Assembly: GCA_000934665.2 (NCBI GenBank)
Contig: KZ538365.1
Coordinates: 1 to 64,000 of the forward strand
DNA: 64,000 nucleotides
Origin: Catajapyx aquilonaris
Lineage: Eukaryota
Direction of reading: 5' to 3'
Shown here: one piece after another, positions 27,701 to 39,700 of the stretch
Layout: the number at the start of each line of letters is the position of its first letter
Numbering within the stretch: position 1 is the stretch's first letter
Translations under genes and position numbers: made by a program
Notes under the pieces: model-generated
Databases searched by the model: none
Told to the model about the DNA's origin: nothing
The model's input: the letters and a program-made list of their open reading frames with translations, nothing else

Positions 27701-30700
27701 TTAAAATGACAAGGGCAAGGTTTACTTGACATTTCCGAAAAATCTGGAGAACCGATTTTCAATATTTGCCAACAATAATAACTTTTTTGTTTCCAAACGC
27801 ATCCCGTAAATATAGTCACCTCATTAGTATTGTAGGACCATAACTCGGAGAAGGTCAGGTCAAATCTTATATTTGATATGTGCATTAGAAAGGAATTGTT
27901 ATGCTCTATGACAGTGGTTTCCAACCTTTTACCAACTGCAACCCCCTAAACATGTTTTCATAAATGTGCGACCCCCCCCCCCNCCCCTCAACCCCTTCTA
28001 CAACTGCCCCATTTCCAGAAAACATACACTCTGTACAGTCGGAAAAATGGTTCAATCTACACGGAAATTGTAAAAAAAAAAGCTGAACAAAGGCTCGCGA
28101 CCCCCCATGACCCTGCCCGCGACCCCCAGGTTGGAAACCACTGCTCTATGAGATGGTCATACTCAAAATTGAAAATGCAAAAATTTTAAATCAAAGATGG
28201 CAGACAAAATTTTGATTTTGATATTGATCAATGATCGCCCCCTACAATTTCTTTTGAATAGGACTTCAAATGATTAGGGTAATGTTTACTTGAAATTTCC
28301 GCAAAATATGGGGAACCGTTTTTTTGATAGTTGCCTAATATTTTTTTCAATTGTGCAAGACGCGTACCGTAAATGTAGTCACCTCAATTAACAATAAAAT
28401 TACTCAAATTTTGTTACGTTAAAAATTCATGCTACACATCATGAGAATGCCTGATTCTAGCACTCTCCATTGGTAATAATACAAACCGATTTCAGTGGCA
28501 GACTAAAAAATGATTTGCCACATAAAGTTAACAGAGACACCCATATTTAAAAGCATGTATTAACTTTTTCTGGCTTATTTTTTTTACTAGGCAATCGAAA
28601 TCGGTATTTATTATATTCTTTGTAGAGTGCTTAAATCAGGCTTTATCCCGATGTGCAGCAAGAATTTTTAACGCAACTAAAAATGAGTAATTTTATTGTT
28701 AATTTCGGTGACTACATTTACGGTGGTCTTGCGCCAAAAAGATTTTTATATTTGACAAATATCGAAAAACGGTTCTGCAGATTTTGCGGAAATATAAAGT
28801 AGGGCCTAAACATTACCCTGATCATTTTAAGTACTATTCAAAAGAAATTGTAGGGATCGATCATTGATCAATATCAAAATCGAAATTTTGGCCACGATTT
28901 TTTATTTAAAATTTCTTTATTTTCAATTTTGAGTATGACCATCTCATAGAGAAAAAAATGCCTTTCTAATCCACATATCAAATAAAATTTGACCTGACCT
29001 TCTCTGAGTTATGGTCCTACAATACAAAATGAGGTGACTATATTTACGGGCTGCGTTGGGAAACAAAAAAGTTATTATTGTTGGCAAATATCGAAAATCG
29101 GTTCTCCATATTTCTCGGAAATGTCAAGTAAACATTGCCTTTGTCATTTTAAGTGCCATTCGAAAGAGATTGTAGGGGGCAATTAATAAGCAATATCAAA
29201 ATCAAAGTTTTGTGCACCATCTTTGATTTTAAATGTTTTGATTTCATAAAAATAAGCATGACCATCTCATAGAGCATAGAAATACCTTTCAAGTGCGCCT
29301 GTCATATATGAGATTTGACCTGACCTTCTAGGAGATATGGATGTCTAAGTGACAGCAAATGGAGCAAAAAGGCTTGAAAATTGGAATATTTAGCACCTTG
29401 TAGTTTTGCAACCATGTGTCGTAGAGCCAAACAGACTTGGTTTCGTACATACATGTATGGGCTGTACAACATACTAGAATTTGGTCAAAATCAGAGGAGG
29501 CAAAGGGTGGCCCACTTGAAGTGGAATATTTTTTAGTACGTCATACTTGCAGTACCTAGTAATATATAATAATTCATTTCTCCAGAATTTCTTTGGAAAA
29601 GAACCATCAATGAAGGAACTCATGCAGTCAATACGCCATGTGGCTGACAAGATATGGCAATCCCTGAAGGCTTCTGAGCAGGAGATACTAAGCCATGATC
29701 TGGAAGAGCTGAACAACCTATTGAATAATGCTTTGAACCTGGCCCGGAGCAAAGAGGCTCGTCTAGAGCAGCATGCTGCCATATGGAGGGAATACCTGGA
29801 TCTATTGGACAAGCTGAGGCCAGTATGGGACAAGCTGGAGGTCAGAGAGGAGCCAGGGGCCACGTTAGCAGGGGTCAGGATCAATATACAGAAGGTGGAA
29901 GCAGTTCTCAAAGAAGTTGAGGTGAGTGAAGACCATATTGCAATTATTCCATGTGCAGCTCTTGTCTACAAATTGAATGTTGTGTTCTATTTTGATGTGC
30001 ACTTCATTGGTGGAAAATAATATTGGACTTTTAGTTTAGTGCACAACAGATAATCTACTATTAATGTGTGTATGGCAAAATATATATATCGTCGGCCGGC
30101 CATCAAAACCTCGTAACTCCATTTTGCGCGAAAATGGACTTACGTACCTCGTAAGTCCCTTTGCACAACTTTGCAACGGTGTACATGAATTCAACATCAT
30201 CCTCATGAAAGGTAAAGTTTACGTTATGCTATACTGTAGGAATAATTGTCAGCATGAACAGAAAACATGATTTTACAAAATGTTTTTTGTCCCTCCTGTA
30301 AAATTTGGTCTTGAGGAGTTACGAGGTTTTGATCGCCGGCCGACTTTCTGATATATATATATAATTATATCAGAAAGTCTGTTTTATTTCCAGTATGACA
30401 ATAGGTGCCTCATCATCACAACTGACATTTTGCCCTGGATTTTTTCGTACATAATCATTGTTTTTGGCCTACTTTTTGCCAGGAGAGTACTTTGTTCATT
30501 GTAACTTGCAAAGAGATTTTCACAGATTTCATATTTCATTGTATAGTAGAACATATCGCGGGGAGGTGTGGTGGCCGTGATGGTAACGTCTCGGCTTGCT
30601 GAGTGAAAGGCCCCAGGTTCGATCCCCACCTGGGGAACTTTCCTTTCACCTGCGTCAGGAGGGTCTCTGACCTGCACCAAGAAGGTGTCTGGCAACCTAA

Positions 30701-33700
30701 CCTCCTGGGGAACAGCACATGACCCATTTGTAGACATTGCACTTGCACCTATGTTCCCTCCCCAAAAATCCCTACCCTTACCCCATGTCCTTTCATCCTT
30801 GCACCGGAGTTAGAAGAAAACTAGAAAATTGAAGGAAGAATGGTGGTATTCCACTCCCCTATAAGGGCCTATGGCCCTATCACGGGATATATACTGGTAT
30901 ATATAATAGTAGAACATATCGCTACATATATGAAAAGTACACTCCCAGATTTCTGACATGCACAGTTTTTAAATTGAAAATGTCTCTTGGCCGCCTCCCA
31001 TTTCATCCGCACAAGCGAGATATCTATGGATGTTTAAAAACAAAAAAGTGACTTGTCTGTTCACCTGGGATCAGATTAACCCCAGGTAGGCACCTCTGAA
31101 AAAATACAATTATGTCCAATGATACAATCCAAAAAAATATTTATGTTCAGAAAGAAATTTGGGACAGTCGCAGAAGAACCTTTCTAACACAGTAACCTGT
31201 GGGGTCTAATTGACCCCAAGAGAGCAGTAAAAGGTTACCAGTAATTATTTTCATGACTGTGCACCACTGGTTTACACAATATGATGTTACTTCAAATAGG
31301 ATGTGATAGCTCATCCCAGAAATTATAGGCTTATCGCTAGGTATAGAGAGACCAGTCAGGCAGTGAAGAAAGGCAATCCAATTGTTCAAGACAAGAGAAA
31401 ATAAAGTCATAAGCTCTGCTTATACCAATTAATTCGATGTAATTACATTCAATAATGCTCTTCAAGGTACCACCAAAAAGTAGCATTATATGTGGGAATT
31501 TGTTTTATGCAGAAAATGCAATTTAATTAACCATTTACTCAGGAAAATAATGCCTGCACTCTTGCTCTGTAGATGGATGCCTATAAACTACACTTACCTG
31601 ACTTGAGCTAACCTAACCTGCCCACACACCCCGTACATCCCAAAAATAATATCCCCTGAAGAATGCAAAACAAACTTGACTAACCAGGGTCATAGTTCAC
31701 ATAAGCCGCCTCTCCTCAATGTTCACATATGCAACTCTTGGCCCACCTCCTTACACCATCCCACAATCGCCATTCATACCTCCAAAGTGTATAGAAAAAA
31801 TGCCCTGTTGTTGTCATTTGTGACGTTATATGAGGGCTAAGTTTTTCAGGGAAACCGAGCGGTATATGCGGGAAAGTGTTATAAGCGGGAACAATATATT
31901 CCATTGGGCATTATGGGACTGATCAAGGGGCCGGAACAAAGGAGCATTAAAAGCGGGAAAGCGTTATATGTGGCAGCATTATATCGAGGTTTTACTGTAG
32001 TTCATTATTGTTTACATTGTTATTTCATTTTGTCATTCAGAAGGAACAACAACAGATTGACCTGCTAAATGACAAGGCCAGAGAAGTGGATAGACAGGCT
32101 GATTTGAGGAACCGAGAGCGCATTCAGCATCAGCTCCAGCAAATAAACAACCAATGGAGAGAAGCAGTTGATGGGCTGGAAAAACGTCTACAGGAACTTA
32201 CTGACATAGCCAGCAAGTGGGAGGTGAGTAACAAACTAAGAGTACCTACATAAAATTTCAAATAACTGTCAATTTTCTTTTGGCAGGAATTTGAAGCAAA
32301 ATGGCAGATGTTTGAATCTTCTGTTGTCTCCTGTGATGAGAGGGCACAGCATTTGGATCCAGTGATAAGATCGCTGCCACAAGGAGGCGAGCTGAAGCAG
32401 GCTTTGAAGGTGTGTCCAGGTGCTGCATAACAAGTGGAATATGCCAAGGCTTTTGTCTCACCTTTTGCAGGAACTTGTAAATGAGGCTAATGAACTGAAC
32501 CTGGAGCATGACCAAGTGCAGACTCTGGCCGAACCTGTGCTGGTGTACTTGAATGGCACATCAGATAGTGGGGCATTGGATATCCTTAAGACCAAACTGC
32601 ACAAACTTTCTGACCATTATGGAAGGTATGTCTACTCTCATTAATAAGATTAATGAACTAGTTGCTAAAGTGCTGTGGTCTTAATTGCCACGTCCTCTGG
32701 TGTGTTCTCTATTGAGGACATGTGGGAGGCTAAGAATAGTCTTGCCCTGAAGCCTAAATTAGGCTGGAACAAATAGAGCCGTAAACCTATAGGCTTGTCA
32801 CCCACCTCCCTACCCCCAACATCCAAAAACATAGTCCCCTCGTGCTTGTAGAGGCTTACTGTGCAACAGTTTTAGTAAGGCGTGGAGACTGGATGGCTGG
32901 AATGGTCAGAGGTGCAGGATCTTGTTAGTTGATATCAGTGGTGGTCTGTGAAAGTGTCTGCCAGGTGGGTCTGAGTTATAAATAACTATGGGGATGCATT
33001 TGGGGGGGGGAGGGGGGAAAGTGATGACAACAGATGGCTTTTTAATGTGGTAAATATTGCATGGAAAAACTTGGGTAGGAGTTGGCTGCATATCTAAATG
33101 CTGAATATACAAGTGTATAATAATCAATAATGAGAATTCTTGAATATTGAATGTCTGTTGTTGTAGCTACTAGTAGATGCTTGAAAAAAAGAGGAGGGTA
33201 GGGGGGAAAAAACTACAAACACATAGTTGACACTTTGCCAGAGTCAAAAGCACACTTTTAGCCTCTGGTCTTCCTGGCCTCGGTTGCAGAAAGTGTGGGC
33301 TGAAAATTCTCAGTGTCGGTGACTTTTCACTGCAAGTGGGAAGGGAGTGGTGTCTCATGCTCTGATTTTTGTGCGTGTGTGTCTGTGTTGCCTCTTTGCT
33401 CAGCGTGTAAAGCATAGAGATTAGTCTTGGTGGTGAGTCAGGTCAAGTTAGGTGAGCCAAGGAGCATCAGCAATATTTTCACACTTCCTGTTGGCAAAAT
33501 TTAGATGTTTTGCATGTGTACACTTTTACCAATGATGCTAGAGGAATTTTTAGCAATTAGTATTCACTGCTCTGGCAACTACTTTCGCAGAGGAGGTGTT
33601 TAGCAGTACTTTCTTTTTAGGCTTGTGGAGTCATTGGTGACAAAGTTAAGCAAACTCACTGAAGAGCTAGAAAATCTTCAAAAGTTGAAGGACCAGGTCT

Positions 33701-36700
33701 TTCACTTAGACCAAGAGTTAAAGAGCCTTAAATCTGAATTGGAAAGCATACAAGTCTACAGCAAGGATCAAGATCAGGTCAACACAAAATTAGAGGTACA
33801 AGTAGCATACACTTGAATCTATGTAACAATTTCATCTTACCTGGCCATTGTCTTTTCAGGTACTGAAATCCAAGGTTGATAGTTCAGTGAATCAGGCCAA
33901 GAGTCTGAATTCAGACAGTCGAGAGAGATATCTGGACATCCAACAGCTTGTTCCAGTTGACATTGTTCAGGAGGTAAAGATTTCAATTTATTATTCTGAG
34001 AACAAGGTTTGACTTCTTCTTTTTGCAGTTGTCTTTGCTAGAACTTTTGGCAGAGACAGTCTCCCACGCAATGGATGAGAAAGAACGGGAGTTTAAACGG
34101 GCAAGAACAGTCCGCTATGAGTATGGCAAAGATGTGGAGGATGTGCAGCAGTGGATCCAGCAGGCAGGCACAAAACTCCAGGACCGATCTGTGGAACCTC
34201 ATGCCCTAAAGGAAGTCTTGCAGCACATCCAAAATGAGATTGGGGGTGTAGCAGACAAACTGGATCGGGCAACGAGAAATGGACAGATTTTGTGTGAGAA
34301 GACTGACAATGAGGAGGAAAAAGAACTGATTAAAAACACTATTGCCAATCTGACTGAGAGATTGCAGCAAATCAGGAATTGGCTGGAAGAAAGAAAATTA
34401 CAGGTATACTTTTCTTTACAACTTCATATATGGGCCAGGTACTCACATATGCGAATTATTTCAGATAAGCAGTTCACTCGACTCCTGGCAAAACTTTCTT
34501 CAACTTCTGGCCTCAGTGAAAGCATGGGTTGATGAGAAGAACAAGTTCCTTTCAGAACCACTGCAACTTTGCAATTTAACCCTAGCTCATCAAAGGTGTC
34601 AGGATTATTTGGTAGGTTTGTGACAAAATTTACTAGTGGAACATGTGTGATAAATTTTCTTTCTTAGAATGCTGTCAAGAGTTGCAAGCATGTTAGCAAG
34701 CAGCTCAGTGAAATGGGAAAGGAGCTGGAAAGGATTGCTCAAGTTTCTAGTGTTGGGCCACTTGGTGAAAAGATGACAGAAGCAGAAGAGATGAAATCTG
34801 AGGTTGAATCTAAACTGATGGAAAGGGTAAGTGAGTCTGTAGCTTTATTGCATATTGTGAAGTTATTTAAATTCTCATCACTCCTCAGAATGCATTGCTG
34901 CAAGAAACCACTGAAGAATGGGAGCAGTGTGAAAAGAAGCTCAAAGACATTCGATCTTGGATGGATAAAACTCGACAAAACCTGGATTCACCTCAAAACA
35001 AGAAGAAACCCCTGAGGGATCAACTTGCCCTGAGGGAAAAAGTCTTGGCTGACATTGCTATACAGAAAAACAAAATTACCATCTCTCTTAAGAAACTCCA
35101 GGTAAGATTACTATATTGTTTTTGCTATTCTGGTGATTCACTATCTGACATTTGTATTGCTTCTCTGCAGTTGCATTTCACATCAGGGATAGGTGGTGAT
35201 GCTGAAGTAACCTCAAATGTGCAAGAACTTCTCCAAGATCTTGACAAGATACATGGTGAAGTGAAGGAGCAGTGTAAAGTTTTGGAGGCATGCGTGTCTA
35301 AAGTTGACCAATACCAGCAGGTAATCAGATAATATAATAAATGCGGCCTGTTTGCATTACTAGATGCATTACTGTTGTTAATGCTACACAGGAAATTCAG
35401 GATCTTCGACAAAAAATGGCTGATGAAGAGCAGAATCTCAGGATAGTTTCCAGTCCCACCTACTCACCAAGCGACAGAGACAAAGCAACCACCGAGCAGA
35501 ATGTAAGTGCAAAATTTTGTTTGCCACGGAAAGCACAGATCTGCCGTAGTCAGGTTCAAAATTTTTGAACAGGTTGTAAATATCCAGCTTTTCATGTAAA
35601 TACTTGTACAGTCAAGTGACACTGACCTTTCCATGACGTATGCTGTCGAGAGTAATTTTTGCCATGAAATATATAATGGCAACTGCATTGTGATAGTAAA
35701 TGTTTTGGCTGACAGGATGCGATTGGAAACATTTTGATGAAGATTAGAATCCTAGAGATGCGCAGTGGCAGCGTGGTCATTTCATCAAGGTGTTTCCACC
35801 TCATTTGACCACACCTTGAATGACAAAAATTTATAATGGGTTCCACAAACACAAGGCACAAAAGTTTATGCTTAATTTTCTTCTGTCACATCTTGTTTTC
35901 ACTGCTTTGGTTGCAAATATTGCTTGGAGTTTTCAGGGGTTTTTGGTATGGTTTCTTTATTTAAAGGTTCACACTTCCTATGGGACATAGTTGACCAATA
36001 CCTTGCATGTACCCCAACAGTTGACCCTCTTTTACCCATGATTTTCACTTCATTATTTCCGGACTTAAAAACTTTTCTTTTCTGCTGTCTTTGTTGTCCA
36101 TCAGGCCTGCAGGGAGCGCATAAAAGGCATTCAAACCAGGATCACTGCGCTCAATGAGCGAGTCAAGCTTCTCATGCAGCAAGGGACACCTGAGTTGGAG
36201 CTTTTAGACTCTTAGTTGCCACTTTGTACTGTTTATTTTTATGTTCCTCCCTTTCACCATCACCTGTTTTCACTATGTAGACTCTCTTGGGCTCAATACA
36301 CATGCGGGAACTGTAGCCTCAAAGTGCTTTTTGTTGGATCTGCACGATAGGAACACATGCAACCCCTGAATGAAATGAAACGCAGCCACTGGCATTGAAA
36401 ATGGCAGATTCTGAGGAGTTGGTTAGGTTGGTTGGTCAGTGTCTGAATCTTTCAATGCAGTGGCTGCTTATGCTGCTTTGTTGAAATTTACATTGGCTGT
36501 GATGAAGAAAGAATATGAACACCTATTACATGATGTGAAGCCAGAACAAAATAAAAATGATATAGGCCTATTTTAGAAAGTAACCAGTATTGAAATAAAG
36601 GCTAACATGCAGGTAAAATGTTTCCCTAACAACATCGATTGTACTGTACTGGAGTGTAGGATGGCATTTTGGTGTTCCATGTAGACTTGTGTGTAGCACT

Positions 36701-39700
36701 CAAAACTTGTGAGACATTAAGCATGGGAAATCACTATTTACTAGCTATAAGTTATTATTTCGTATATTGATAAATGCAAAGCTTTCAAAACTGCACCACC
36801 AAAAAACTTTACACGATAGGTTATTGATATCTAAAGTTATGGTTTCCCTTACATCAAGTAAAATATTTATTACGGGATCTTACCAGTATTGATGGGGAAA
36901 AGAGGATGATGTAGTGGATGATTAACATTAATATTCAAAGTTTTATGGAGTAGGCTGACACATGCTGTGATTCGGAAACAGTCATTAACTTAGCGAGAAA
37001 CTGGTACCCTATGTTACAAACATCGCAAGTTTATGTAACATGTCTTATTGGGATATATCTGCTTCTCTCAAATTAGTCACTTTTCAGCTGGCTTGAGTGG
37101 TAGAATATCATGGATGTTGTACCAAAACGCTAGCTGTACCTAATGGAGCTCACACTACACCTCTAGAATCTACATCAAAGGCAGATATATTGATGTATAA
37201 ATTTACAGAGATTTGCCAGGTGTGTCACATTGTTAAGACTGCCCCATAAAAATCATCTTTCAGTCAAGGTCAAAAGGATAATTTGAAATGAAGATACTTT
37301 GGTAGTACAATTGGACGCCTTGTTTAAAATGCCACCACATGTGTGTCACAATTGTATTCAAAACAGTTTCCAAGCTTCCTGAGTCCTGACATACTGAACC
37401 AATTGAAATATGCAAAACAGTTACCTGTGAACTGAGAAAATGCTTATAAAAGAGATGTACTGTACAATTGGCAAAACTGTCAGGAATTCTCTTATGATAC
37501 TTTGTTCGTTTTCTCCGTAATATGCAGGTGTAGTGTTTGCTTGATGTGTCAAAAACATGCCGGTAATTATCACAGAGTAATTTTAGAATTGAGAGGTGAT
37601 TGAAATTTTTTAAGGGTGACCATATTAAGGTAGTATAAGGCTGCACTACCAATGTAGGGCTTCTAGAGGTAGCGTGAATCATTTTCTTCTTCCATATAAA
37701 AATGAAGATTGGGTTTTCACAACTATTTTGCAACTATTTTATAGCCCTGCTATTTTATATCAAAGTGCAAAACAGTGAAAAATTATTATTGTCTCAAAGA
37801 TTCTACACCATAATAATTATGGACATTCTCAAAAGAGTTGTCTAGAAACTAAAGTTTTTCCTGTAATGATAGGAAGAACTTCAGGAAAAACACTGACCTG
37901 ATATTGTATTATTACAATGTAATTGACAAATTTAACTATTTTCATTAGTGGGTAATTAAGTAAAGTCCTGTCAGCCCCCGTAAACTGCATTTAAGCCTTT
38001 ATTCAAGTGGTTAAAAAGTGGCAGTATTAAAATTTATGACAGTATTGTAGCATCTACAGCCTGTAATGATATTGTACCACATATATCATTATTCTGTACA
38101 GTATATTCTTAAGCTATTGCATTTATGCATTCAGATCTTATTTTGTTCTGGTTACCTCCGCCGCCTGCAACTGAGATGTTTCTCTCTTATTCGGGTTGGT
38201 CTCACAGGCTCTGCGGGACAAGATTGAATTACTTCAGCATGATATTCAGGTGGCAATGATCAAGGTCCGAGAGATCGATCCAAATGAAGTAATAAGTTCG
38301 GAAATCAGTGTGCTGAAGACAATCAGAGCCTACGTGAGCACCAAAGATGGCGGCGGTGCGCGTACTTCCAATAAGACATCCCACGTACACGTAGGGTCTT
38401 CCGAAACAGAGCTTCTTAGCAGCAGGCCCTCATACGCTGCAGTGGCTGCAGGAAGGGTCAGTCCGACACCCTTTCAGCAGTCGGAAGACGAAAGTAGCAA
38501 AACAAATGTTGAACTGGGAAGGGTACCGAAGCAAGCATCATCCGTTGAGGTTGAAGAGCAGACTTGCACATCATCACAACCCATCATCTTGGTAGAGGAA
38601 GCTTCAGAAGAAATGATTGAGACAGTCAAACAAACTAAGCAGCCTCAGAGATGGTCGAGAAGAAGTGATGATGGTACCAGGCGAAAAAGCAAGGGTCCTC
38701 AACAATCACGTGCGGCAGCTGCGTCACCAACAACACCATCATCTCCCAGAAGCCGTCCATCATCAAGAAAAACGGGAGAATTGACCCAACGTTCCAGACC
38801 TGAGATTGTCTCAACTAGGCAGACTTTGGAGGCTCCCAGTGCTACTCGCCGACGAGCACAGAGCCCGGATGCCCCAAGAGGGCAACATGCTCGGTCTCCC
38901 AGCCCAATGTGGATACCTGGAGCAGGACCATCATATGCTGAAATTGTGCGAGGGCTGGCAGAAAAAGGTGAAGAAGTCAAGGATGGAAATAAGCAGTTTG
39001 TGGAATTGGGAGTCAAGTTGGAAGAGACATTCATGCAAAGTGAGCCAATGAGAGCAGCTGAATATGAGGTTACGACTCCTCAACCAGAGCCAATTGGGAA
39101 TTGGGAAGATGCAGCCTCTTCAATCCAACCAGGATCTGCAAGCATGGAAAATGTATCAACCGAAATACTATCGCCAGTCGCTTTTGCATCATGTGTGGGT
39201 CAAAGCAATGAATCTGCTGAATCCCCGCCAACCTATGAAGAGCCATTTATTCCTGCATATGACGAAGAATACTGCCAGCAAATAATTTACCCTGACTTGA
39301 CTCAGATATCTCAAACTCCTCCATACACTTTGATACAGGTGATGGAGCCTGGCAGTCAGCTAATGTATTCCCCAACGGGATCTTTTTCATCACCTGTTCA
39401 GCAATCTTTTATGGAAGAAATAACTGCAAATGTAGCATTAGAAAGAGATGTATTAGAACCATACACCATGGAACAGAGTTGTGCTCCTGTGCATGACTTG
39501 CAAAAAGAAGAAGCATCAATGCAACAAGAAGGCCCTGCAGCAAGTCCACATGTGCCACAACCACAATATCCAGGGTTGTCGCCAGAGCCACAATATCAAG
39601 AACAACCGCAGTACTATGAGCCCGAGCAGTTTCAGGCAGTGCAACCACCACAGCAAGAAGTTGCAGCTGCTGAACCACAGGCAAGGTTGTCTTACGCACA

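Noticed and set aside
35102..35170. 69-nt stop-free intron read through by ORF 34895-35332
   Set aside because: Strong gtaaga/ctgcag sites and intron-like composition; no evidence for retention
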